This document shows positions 50,911-63,700 of a stretch of 64,000 nt of DNA, one piece after another. Numbering within the stretch: the first letter of the stretch is position 1; each line of letters opens with the position of its first letter. The translations under genes were made by a program, and so were the position numbers. The notes under the pieces are model-generated. The model was not told where the DNA came from and searched no databases. It saw only the letters and a program-made list of their open reading frames with translations. Source of the stretch: Utricularia gibba (taxonomy: Eukaryota; Plantae; Magnoliophyta); the NCBI GenBank assembly GCA_002189035.1, contig NEEC01000072.1:1-64000 (forward strand). Direction: 5' to 3'.

Positions 50911-53900
50911 CATGACATCCTAACTTCAGCAAATGCATCACGATTTTCATCGAGTAGCACCCGATTGGGCTCAGGAGCCAGACCGAACCTTGGGCCCTAC
51001 AAAGCTGCCAACGACAGCACTCGCCTTAAAACGGCAAGCTATTGCTTGAAAAACCATTTAGGCAGCCGCCGAAAACCCACGTTGATAAATGCATCACTTA
51101 TTTTCCGGGCTACAACTGACTATTGGCCTGAGCCCGACCCGACCTCTGGCCCAATCCGAAACCCCCAAGAGCGCCTTCTCAAAATATAAGCAGAGTGTTG
51201 AGAAAACCATTGGGTTCTCATGACATCCTAACTAAAGCAAATGCATTACGATTTCGTCGAGTACGACCCGATTGGGCTTAGTAGCCAGACCGAATCTCGG
51301 GCCCTGACAAAGCTCCCAACTACAGCACCCACCTTAAAACGGCAAGCTGTTGCTTGAAAAACCATTTAGGCAGCCGCCGAAAACCCATCGTTGATAAATG
51401 CATCACTTATTTTCCGGGCTACAACTGACTATTGGCCTGAGCCCGACCCGACCTCTGGCCCAATCCCGAAACCCTCCGAGCGCCTTCTCAAATATATAGC
51501 AGAGTGTTGAGAAAACCCATTGGGGTTCTCATGACATCCTAACTACATCAAATGCGTTACGATTTTCGTCGAGTGCGACCCGATTGGGCTTAGTAGCCAG
51601 ACCGAATCTCGGGCCGGACAAAGCTCCAACGACAGCACCCGCCTTTAAATGGCAAGTTGTTGCTTGAAAAACCATGTGGGCAGCCGCCGACAACCCAACG
51701 TTAATAAATGCATCACTTCTTTTGCCGGGCTACAGCTGACTATGGGCTCAAGCCCGACCCGAATCCGGCCCGATCTCGGTGACCCACAAAAGCGCCTTGT
51801 CAAGTGTAAAGCATGCTGTTGAAAAAACCATTTGGGGTGGTCATGAGATCCTAACTTCAATAAAGGTATCACGATTTTCGTCGAATGGGAACAGATTGTG
51901 CTGTGAAGTCAGACCAAACCTTGGGTCCTCACAAGTTCCCAACAACAGCACCCGCCAAAAAACGACAACTTTTCCTTCAAAAAGCATGTAGGCAGCCACC
52001 GAAAACCCAACGTTAATAAATGCATCACTTCTTTGGCCGGGCTACAAATGACTATGGGCCAGAGCGCGACTCGACCATTTGCTCGATACTGGAGCCCGCC
52101 TAGAGCGCCTCCTCAAATATAAATCAGGTTGTTGAGAAAACCATTTGGGGTTCTCATGACATCCTAACTAAAGCGAATGCATACGATTTCGTCGAGTACG
52201 ACCCGATTGGGCTTAGTAGCCAGACCGAATCTCGGGCCCTGACAAAGCTCCCAACTACAGCACCCACCTTAAAACGGCAAGCTGTTGCTTGAAAAACCAT
52301 TTAGGCAGCCGCTGAATACCCAACGTTGATAAATGCATCACTTATTTTCCGGGCCACAACTGACTATGGGCCTGAGCCCGACCCGACCTCTGGCCCAATC
52401 CTGAAACCCCCAAGAGCGCCTTCTCAAATATATAGCAGAGTGTTGAGAAAACCAATTGGGGTTCTCATGACATCCTAACTACAACAAATGCATTACGATT
52501 TTCGTCGAGTGCGACCCGATTGGGCTTAGTAGCCAGACCGAATCTCGGGCCCGGACAAAGCTCCCAGCGACAGCACCCGCCATTAAATGGCAAGCTGTTG
52601 CTTGAAAAACCATGTGGGCAGCCGCCGACAACCCAACGTTAATAAATGCATCACTTCTTTTGCCGGGCTACAGCTGACTTTGGGCTCAAGACCGACCCGA
52701 ATCCGGCCCGATCTCGGTGACCACAAAAGCGCCTTGTCAAGTGTAAAGCATGCTGTTGAAAAAACCATTTGGGGTGGTCATGAGATCCTAACTTCAATAA
52801 AGGTATCACGATTTTCGTCGAATGGGAACAGATTGTGCTGTGAAGTCAGACAAACCTTGGGTCCTCACAAAGTTCCCAACAACAGCACCCGCCAAAAAAC
52901 GACAACTTTTCCTTCAAAAAGCATGTAGGCAGCCACCGAAAACCCAACGTTAATAAATGCATCACTTCTTTGGCCGGGCTACAAATGACTATGGGCCAGA
53001 GCGACTCGACCATTTGCTCGATACTGGTGCCCGCCTAGAGCGCCTCCTCAAATATAAATCAGGTTGTTGAGAAAACCATTTGGGGTGCTCATGACATCCT
53101 AACTTCAGCAAATGCATCACGATTTTCATCGAGTAGCACCCGATTGGGCTCAGAAGCCAGACCGAACCTTGGGCCCTAACAAAGCTGCCAACGACAGCAC
53201 TCGCCTTAAAACGGCAAGCTATTGCTTGAAAAACCATTTGGGCAGCCGCCGAAAACCCATCGTTGATAAATGCATCACTTATTTTCCGGGCTACAACTGA
53301 CTATGGGCCTGAGCCCGACCCGACCTCTGGCCCAATCCCGAAACCCCGAAGAGCGCCTTCTCAAATATATAGCAGAGTGTTGAGAAAACCCATTGGGGTT
53401 CTCATGACATCCTAACTAAAGCAAATGCATTACGATTTCGTCGAGTACGACCCGATTGGGCTTAGTAGCCAGACCGAATCTCGGGCCCTGACAAAGCTCC
53501 CAACTACAGCACCCACCTTAAAACGGCAAGCTGTTGCTTGAAAACCATTTAGGCAGCCGCCGAAAACCCATCGTTGATAAATGCATCACTTATTTTCCGG
53601 GCTACAACTGACTATTGGCCTGAGCCCGACCCGACCTCTGGCCCAATCCCGAAACCCTCCGAGGCGCCTTCTCAAATATATAGCAGAGTGTTGAGAAAAC
53701 CCATTGGGGTTCTCATGACATCCTAACTACATCAAATGCGTTACGATTTTCGTCGAGTGCGACCCGATTGGGCTTAGTAGCCAGACCGAATCTCGGGCCG
53801 GACAAAGCTCCCAACGACAGCACCCGCCTTTAAATGGCAAGCTGTTGCTTGAAAAACCATGTGGGCAGCCGCCGACAACCCAACGTTAATAAATGCATCA

Positions 53901-55573
53901 CTTCTTTTGCCGGGCTACAGCTGACTATGGGCTCAAGCCCGACCGAATCCGGCCGATCGGTGACCCACAAAAGCGCCTTGTCAAGTGTAAAGCATGCTGT
54001 TGAAAAAACCATTTGGGGTGGTCATGAGATCCTAACTTCAATAAAGGTGTCACGATTTTCGTCGAATGGGATCGGATTGTGCTGTGAAGTCAGACCGAAC
54101 CTTGGGTCACGAAGTTCCCAACAACAGCACCGCCAAAAAACGACAACTTTTCCTTCAAAAAGCATGTAGGCAGCCACCGAAAACCCAACGTTAATAAATG
54201 CATCACTTCTTTGGCCGGGCTACAAATGACTATGGGCCAGAGCGCGACTCGACCATTTGCTCGATACTGGAGCCCGCCTAGAGCGCCTCCTCAAATATAA
54301 ATCAGGTTGTTGAGAAAACCATTTGGGGTTCTCATGACATCCTAACTAAAGCAATGCATACGATTTCGTCGAGTACGACCCGATTGGGCTTAGTAGCCAG
54401 ACCGAATCTCGGGCCCTGACAAAGCTCCCAACTACAGCACCCACTTAAAACGGCAAGCTGTTGCTTGAAAACCATTTAGGCAGCCGCCGAAACCCAACGT
54501 TGATAAATGCATCACTTATTTTCCGGGCACAACTGACTATGGCCTGAGCCCGACCCGACCTCTGGCCCAATCCTGAAACCCCCAAGAGCGCCTTCTCAAA
54601 TATATAGCAGAGTGTTGAGAAAACCAATTGGGGTTCTCATGACATCCTAACTACAACAAATGCGTTACGATTTTCGTCGAGTGCGACCCGATTGGGCTTA
54701 GTAGCCAGACCGAATCTCGGGCCGGACAAAGCTCCCAACGACAGCACCCGCCTTAAATGGCAAGCTGTTGCTTGAAAAACCATGTGGGCAGCCGCCGACA
54801 ACCCAACGTTAATAAATGCATCACTTCTTTTGCCGGGCTACAGCTGACTTTGGGCTCAAGACCGACCCGAATCCGGCCCGATCTCGGTGACCCACAAAAG
54901 CGCCTTGTCAAGTGTAAAGCATGCTGTTGAAAAAACCATTTGGGGTGGTCATGAGATCCTAACTTCAATAAAGGTATCACGATTTTCGTCGAATGGGAAA
55001 GATTGTGCTGTGAAGTCAGACCAAACCTTGGGTCCTCACAAAGTTCCCAACAACAGCACCCGCCAAAAAACGACAACTTTTCTTCAAAAAGCATGTAGGC
55101 AGCCACCGAAAACCCAACGTTAATAAATGCATCACTTCTTTGGCCGGGCTACAAATGACTATGGGCCAGAGCGCGACTCGACCATTTGCTCGATACTGGT
55201 GCCCGCCTAGAGCGCCTCCTCAAATATAAATCAGGTTGTTGAGAAAACCATTTGGGGTGCTCATGACATCCTAACTTCAGCAAATGCATCACGATTTTCA
55301 TCGAGTAGCACCCGATTGGGCTCAGAAGCCAGACCGAACCTTGGGCCCTAACAAAGCTGCCAACGACAGCACTCGCCTTAAAACGGCAAGCTATTGCTTG
55401 AAAAACCATTTGGGCAGCCGCCGAAAACCCATCGTTGATAAATGCATCACTTATTTTCCGGGCTACAACTGACTATGGGCCTGAGCCGACCCGACCTCTG
55501 GCCCAATCCCGAAACCCCGAAGAGCGCCTTCTCAAATATATAGCAGAGTGTTGAGAAAACCCATTGGGGTTCT
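50911..55573 (+). repeat. 7-unit HOR (P Q R S Q' R S, ~2.17 kb)
   Basis: P anchors are at 50911, 53090 and 55262 (spacings 2179 and 2172). Shared markers include CTGACTTTGGGCTCAAGACC, CAGAAGCCAG and CCATTTGGGCAGCC. Confidence 0.8.
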
Positions 55574-57754
55574 CATGACATCCTAACTAAAGCAAATGCA
55601 TTACGATTTCGTCGAGTACGACGCGATTGGGCTTAGTAGCCAGACCGAATCTCGGGCCCTGACAAAGCTCCCAACTACAGCACCCACCTTAAAACGGCAA
55701 GCTGTTGCTTGAAAAACCATTTAGGCAGCCGCCGAAAACCCATCGTTGATAAATGCATCACTTATTTTCCGGGCTACAACTGACTATTGGCCTGAGCCCG
55801 ACCCGACCTCTGGCCCAATCCCGAAACCCCCAAGAGCGCCTTCTGAAATATAAAGTAGAGTGTTGAGAAAACCCATTGGGGATCTCATGACATCCTAACT
55901 AAAGCAAATGCATTACGATTTCGTCGAGTGACCCGATTGGGCTTAGTAGCCAGACCGAATCTCGGGCCTGACAAAGCTCCCAACTACAGCACCCACCTGA
56001 AAACGGCAAGCTGTTGCTTGAAAAACCATTTGGCAGCCGCCGACAACCCAACGTTGATAAATGCATCACTTCTTTTGCCGGGCTACAGCTGACTATGGGC
56101 TCAAGCCCGAACCGAATCCGGCCCGATCTCGGTGACCCACAAAAGCGCCTTGTCAAGTGTAAAGCATGCTGTTGAAAAAACCATTTGGGGTGGTCATGAG
56201 ATCCTAACTTCAATAAAGGTGTCACGATTTTCGTCGAATGGGATCGGATTGTGCTGTGAAGTCAGACCGAACCTTGGGTCCGGACGAAGTTCCCAACAAC
56301 AGCACCCGCCAAAAAACGACAACTTTTCCTTCAAAAAGCATGTAGGCAGCCACCGAAAACCCAACGTTAATAAATGCATCACTTTTTTGGCCGGGCTACA
56401 AATGACTATGGGCCAGAGCGCGACCCGACCATTTGCTCGATACTGGTGCCGCCTAGAGCGCCTCCTCAAATATAAATCAGGTTGTTAAGAAAACCATTTG
56501 GGGTGCTCATGACATCCTAACTTCAGCAAATGCATCACGATTTTCATCGAGTAGCACCCGATTGGGCTCAGGAGCCAGACCGAACTTGGGCCCTAACAAA
56601 GCTGCCAACGACAGCACTCGCGTTAAAACGGCAAGCTATTGCTTGAAAAACCATTTAGGCAGCCGCCGAAAACCCATCGTTGATAAATGCATCACTTATT
56701 TTCCGGGCTACAACTGACTATTGGCCTGAGCCCGACCCGACCTCTGGCCCAATCCCGAAACCCCCAAGAGCGCCTTCTGAAATATAAAGTAGAGTGTTGA
56801 GAAAACCCATTGGGGTTCTCATGACATCCTAACTACATCAAATGCGTTACGATTTTCGTCGAGTGCGACCCGATTGGGCTTAGTAGCCAGACCGAATCTC
56901 GGGCCGGACAAAGCTCCCAACGACAGCACCCGCCTTTAAATGGCAAGCTGTTGCTTGAAAAACCATGTGGGCAGCCGCCGACAACCCAACGTTAATAAAT
57001 GCATCACTTCTTTTGCCGGGCTACAGCTGACTATGGGCTCAAGCCCGACCCGAATCCGGCCCGATCTCGGTGACCCACAAAAGCGCCTTGTCAAGTGTAA
57101 AGCATGCTGTTGAAAAAACCATTTGGGGTGGTCATGAGATCCTAACCTCAATAAAGGTGTCACGATTTTCGTCGAATGGGATCGGATTGTGCTGTGAAGT
57201 CAGACCGAACCTTGGGTCCGGACGAAGTTCCCAACAACAGCACCCGCAAAAAACGACAACTTTTCCTCGAAAAAACCATGTGGGCAGCCGCCGACAACCC
57301 AACGTTAATAAATGCATCACTTTTTTGGCCGGGCTAAATGACTATGGGCAAGAGCGCGACTCGACCATTTGCTCGATACTGGTGCCGCCTAGAGCGCCTC
57401 CTCAAATATAAATCAGGTTGTTGAGAAAACCATTTGGGGTTCTCATGACATCCTACTAAAGCAAATGCATTACGATTTCGTCGAGTACGACCCGATTGGG
57501 CTTAGTAGCCAGACCGAATCTCGGGCCTGACAAAGCTCCCAACTACAGCACCCACCTTAAAACGGCAAGCTATTGCTTGAAAAACCATTTCGGCAGCCGC
57601 CGAAAACGCATCGTTGATAAATGCATCACTTATTTTCCGGGCTACAACTGACTATGGGCCTGAGCCCGACCCGACCTCTGGCCCAATCCCGAAACCCTCC
57701 GAGAGCGCCTTCTCAAATATATAGCAGAGTGTTGAGAAAACCAATTGGGGTTCT

Positions 57755-60700
57755 CATGACATCCTAACTACAACAAATGCATTACGATTTCGTCGAGTGC
57801 GACCCGATTGGGTTTAGTAGCCAGACCGAATCTCGGGCCCGGACAAAGCTCCCAGCGACAGCACCCGCCATTAAATGGCAAGCTGTTGCTTGAAAACCAT
57901 GTGGGCAGCCGCGACAACCCAACGTTAATAAATGCATCACTTCTTTTGCCGGGCTACAGCTGACTTTGGGCTCAAGACTGACCCGAATCCGGCCCGATCT
58001 CGGTGACCCACAAAAGCGCCCTCTCAAGTGTAAAGCATGCTGTTGAAAAAACCATTTGGGGTGGTCATGAGATCCTAACTTCAATAAAGGCATCACGATT
58101 TACGTCGAATGGGACCCGATTGTGCTGTGAAGTCAAACCGAATCTTGGGTTCGGACGAAGTTACCAACAACAGCACCCGCCAATAAACGACAACATTTCC
58201 TTCAAAAAGCATGTAGGCAGCCACCGAAAACCCAACGTTAATAAATGCATCACTTCTTTGGCCGGGCTACAAATGACTATGGGCCAGAGCGCGACTCGAC
58301 CATTTGGGGTTCACATGACATCCTAACTTCAGCAAATGCATCACGATTTTCATCGAGTAGCACCCGAATGGGCTCTGGAGCCAGACTGAACCTTGGGCCC
58401 TAACAAAGCTGCCAACTACAGCACTCGCCTTAAAACGGCAAGCTGTTGCTTGAAAAACCATTTAGGCAGCCGCCGAAAACCCATCGTTGATAAATGCATC
58501 ACTTATTTTCCGGGCTACAACTGACTATTGGCCTGAGCCCGACCCGACCTCTGGCCCAATCCCGAAACCCCCAAGAGCGCCTTCTGAAATATAAAGTAGA
58601 GTGTTGAGAAAACCCATTGGGGTTCTCATGACATCCTAACTACATCAAATGCGTTACGATTTTCGTCGAGTGCGACCCGATTGGGCTTAGTAGCCAGACC
58701 GAATCTCGGGCCGGACAAAGCTCCCAACGACAGCACCCGCCTTTAAATGGCAAGCTGTTGCTTGAAAAACCATGTGGGCAGCCGCCGACAACCCAACGTT
58801 AATAAATGCATCACTTCTTTTGCCGGGCTACAGCTGACTATGGGCTCAAGCCCGACCCGAATCCGGCCCGATCTCGGTGACCCACAAAAGCGCCTTGTCA
58901 AGTGTAAAGCATGCTGTTGAAAAAACCATTTGGGGTGGTCATGAGATCCTAACCTCAATAAAGGTGTCACGATTTTCGTCGAATGGGATCGGATTGTGCT
59001 GTGAAGTCAGACCGAACCTTGGGTCCGGACGAAGTTCCCAACAACAGCACCCGCAAAAAAACGACAACTTTTCCTCGAAAAAAGCATGTAGGCAGCCACC
59101 GAAAACCCAACGTTAATAAATGCATCACTTTTTTGGCCGGGCTACAAATGACTATGGGCCAGAGCGCGACTCGACCATTTGCTCGATACTAGTGCCAGCC
59201 TAGAGCGCCTCCTCAAATATAAATCAGGTTGTTGAGAAACCATTTGGGGTGCTCATGACATCCTAACTTCAAAAATGCATCACGATTTTCATCGAGTAGC
59301 ACCCGATTGGGCTCAGGAGCCAGACCGAACCTTGGGCCCTTACAAAGCTGCCAACGACAGCACCCGCCTTAAAATGGCAAGCTATTGCTTGAAAAACCAT
59401 TCAGGCAGCCGCCGAAAACCCAACGTTGATAAATGCATCACTTATTTTCCGGGCTACAACTGACTATGGGCCATAGCCCGACCCGACCTCTGGCCCAATC
59501 CCGAAACCCCCAAGAGCGCCTTCTGAAATATAAAGTAGAGTGTTGAGAAAACCCATTGGGGTCTCATGACATCCTAACTAAAGCAAATGCATTACGATTT
59601 CGTCGAGTACGACCCGATTGGGCTTAGTAGCCAGACCGAATCTCGGGCCCTGACAAAGCTCCCAACTACAGCACCCACCTTAAAACGGCAAGCTGTTGCT
59701 TGAAAAACCATTTAGGCAGCCGCCGAAAACCCAACGTTGATAAATGCATCACTTATTTTCCGGGCTACAACTGACTATGGGCTCAAGCCCGACCCGAATC
59801 CGGCCCGATCTCGGTGACCCACAAAAGCGCCTTGTCAAGTGTAAAGCATGCTGTTGAAAAAACCATTTGGGGTGGTCATGAGATCCTAACCTCAATAAAG
59901 GTGTCACGATTTTCGTCGAATGGGATCGGATTGTGCTGTGAAGTCAGACCGAACCTTGGGTCCGGACGAAGTTCCCAACAACAGCACCCGCAAAAAAACG
60001 ACAACTTTTCCTCGAAAAAACCATGTGGGCAGCCGCCGAAACCCAACGTTAATAAATGCATCACTTTTTTGGCCGGGCTAGAAATGACTATGGGCAAGAG
60101 CGCGACTCGACCATTTGCTCGATACTGGTGCCCGCCTAGAGCGCCTCCTCAAATATAAATCAGGTTGTTGAGAAAACCATTTGGGGTTCTCATGACATCC
60201 TACCTAAAGCAAATGCATTACGATTTCGTCGAGTACGACCCGATTGGGCTTAGTAGCCAGACCGAATCTCGGGCTCTGACAAAGCTCCCAACTACAGCAC
60301 CCCTTAAAACGGCAAGCTATTGCTTGAAAAACCATTTCGGCAGCCGCCGAAAACGCATCGTTGATAAATGCATCACTTATTTTCCGGGCTACAACTGACT
60401 ATGGGCCTGAGCCCGACCCGACCTCTGGCCCAATCCCGAAACCCTCCGAGAGCGCCTTCTCAAATATATAGCAGAGTGTTGAGAAAACCAATTGGGGTTC
60501 TCATGACATCCTAACTACAACAAATGCATTACGATTTACGTCGAGTGCGACCCGATTGGGTTTAGTAGCCAGACCGAATCTCGGGCCCGGACAAAGCTCC
60601 CAGCGACAGCACCCGCCATTAAATGGCAAGCTGTTGCTTGAAACACCATGTGGGCAGCCGCCGACAACCCAACGTTAATAAATGCATCACTTCTTTTGCC

Positions 60701-63700
60701 GGGCTACAGCTGACTTTGGGCTCAAGACTGACCCGAATCCGGCCCGATCTCGGTGACCCACAAAAGCGCCCTCTCAAGTGTAAAGCATGCTGTTGAAAAA
60801 ACCATTTGGGGTGGTCATGAGATCCTAACTTCAATAAAGGCATCACGATTTACGTCGAATGGGACCCGATTGTGCTGTGAAGTCAAACCGAATCTTGGGT
60901 TCGGACGAAGTTACCAACAACAGCACCCGCCAATAAACGACAACATTTCCTTCAAAAAGCATGTAGGCAGCCACCGAAAACCCAACGTTAATAAATGCAT
61001 CACTTCTTTGGCCGGGCTACAAATGACTATGGGCCAGAGCGCGACTCGACCATTTGGGGTTCACATGACATCCTAACTTCAGCAAATGCATCACGATTTT
61101 CATCGAGTAGCACCCGAATGGGCTCTGGAGCCAGACTGAACCTTGGGCCCTAACAAAGCTGCCAACTACAGCACTCGCCTTAAAACGGCAAGCTGTTGCT
61201 TGAAAAACCATTTAGGCAGCCGCCGAAAACCCATCGTTGATAAATGCATCACTTATTTTCCGGGCTACAACTGACTATTGGCCTGAGCCCGACCCGACCT
61301 CTGGCCCAATCCCGAAACCCCCCAAGAGCGCCTTCTGAAATATAAAGTAGAGTGTTGAGAAAACCCATTGGGGTTCTCATGACATCCTAACTACATCAAA
61401 TGCGTTACGATTTTCGTCGAGTGCGACCCGATTGGGCTTAGTAGCCAGACCGAATCTCGGGCCGGACAAAGCTCCCAACGACAGCACCCGCCTTTAAATG
61501 GCAAGCTGTTGCTTGAAAAACCATGTGGGCAGCCGCCGACAACCCAACGTTAATAAATGCATCACTTCTTTTGCCGGGCTACAGCTGACTATGGGCTCAA
61601 GCCCGACCCGAATCCGGCCCGATCTCGGTGACCCACAAAAGCGCCTTGTCAAGTGTAAAGCATGCTGTTGAAAAAACCATTTGGGGTGGTCATGAGATCC
61701 TAACTCAATAAAGGTGTCACGATTTTCGTCGAATGGGATCGGATTGTGCTGTGAAGTCAGACCGAACCTTGGGTCCGGACGAAGTTCCCAACAACAGCAC
61801 CCGCAAAAAAACGACAACTTTTCCTCGAAAAAGCATGTAGGCAGCCACCGAAAACCCAACGTTAATAATGCATCACTTTTTTGGCCGGGCTACAAATGAC
61901 TATGGGCCAGAGCGCGACTCGACCATTTGCTCGATACTAGTGCCAGCCTAGAGCGCCTCCTCAAATATAAATCAGGTTGTTGAGAAAACCATTTGGGGTG
62001 CTCATGACATCCTAACTTCAAAAAATGCATCACGATTTTCATCGAGTAGCACCCGATTGGGCTCAGGAGCCAGACCGAACCTTGGGCCCTTACAAAGCTG
62101 CCAACGACAGCACCCGCCTTAAAATGGCAAGCTATTGCTTGAAAAACCATTCAGGCAGCCGCCGAAAACCCAACGTTAATAAATGCATCACTTATTTTCC
62201 GGGCTACAACTGACTATGGGCCATAGCCCGACCCGACCTCTGGCCCAATCCCGAAACCCCCAAGAGCGCCTTCTGAAATATAAAGTAGAGTGTTGAGAAA
62301 ACCCATTGGGGATCTCATGACATCCTAACTAAAGCAAATGCATTACGATTTCGTCGAGTACGACCCGATTGGGCTTAGTAGCCAGACCGAATCTCGGGCC
62401 CTGACAAAGCTCCCAACTACAGCACCCACCTTAAAACGGCAAGCTGTTGCTTGAAAAACCATTTAGGCAGCCGCCGAAAACCCAACGTTGATAAATGCAT
62501 CACTTATTTTCCGGGCTACAACTGACTATGGGCTCAAGCCCGACCCGAATCCGGCCCGATCTCGGTGACCCACAAAAGCGCCTTGTCAAGTGTAAAGCAT
62601 GCTGTTGAAAAAACCATTTGGGGTGGTCATGAGATCCTAACTCAATAAAGGTGTCACGATTTTCGTCGAATGGGATCGGATTGTGCTGTGAAGTCAGACC
62701 GAACCTTGGGTCCGGACGAAGTTCCCAACAACAGCACCCGCAAAAAACGACAACTTTTCCTCGAAAAAACCATGTAGGCAGCCACCGAAAACCCAACGTT
62801 AATAAATGCATCACTTTTTTGGCCGGGCTACAAATGACTATGGGCCAGAGCGCGACCGACCATTTGCTCGATACTGGTGCCCGCCTAGAGCGCCTCCTCA
62901 AATATAAATCAGGTTGTTAAGAAAACCATTTGGGGTGCTCATGACATCCTACTAAAGCAAATGCATTACGATTTCGTCGAGTACGACCCGATTGGGCTTA
63001 GTAGCCAGACCGAATCTCGGGCCCTGACAAAGCTCCCAACTACAGCACCCACCTTAAAACGGCAAGCTATTGCTTGAAAAACCATTTAGGCAGCCGCCGA
63101 AAACCATCGTTGATAAATGCATCACTTATTTTCCGGGCTACAACTGACTATGGGCCTGAGCCCGACCCGACCTCTGGCCCAATCCCGAAACCCTCCGAGA
63201 GCGCCTTCTCAAATATATAGCAGAGTGTTGAGAAAACCAATTGGGGTTCTCATGACATCCTAACTACAACAAATGCATTACGATTTACGTCGAGTGCGAC
63301 CCGATTGGGTTTAGTAGCCAGACCGAATCTCGGGCCCGGACAAAGCTCCCAGCGACAGCACCCGCCTTAAATGGCAAGCTGTTGCTTGAAAAACCATGTG
63401 GGCAGCCGCCGACAACCCAACGTTAATAAATGCATCACTTCTTTTGCCGGGCTACAGCTGACTTTGGGCTCAAGACCGACCCGAATCCGGCCCGATCTCG
63501 GTGACCCACAAAAGCGCCCTCTCAAGTGTAAAGCATGCTGTTGAAAAAACCATTTGGGGTGGTCATGAGATCCTAACTTCAATAAAGGCATCACGATTTA
63601 CGTCGAATGGGACCGATTGTGCTGTGAAGTCAAACCGAATCTTGGGTTCGGACGAAGTTACCAACAACAGCACCCGCCAAAAAACGACAACTTTTCCTTC

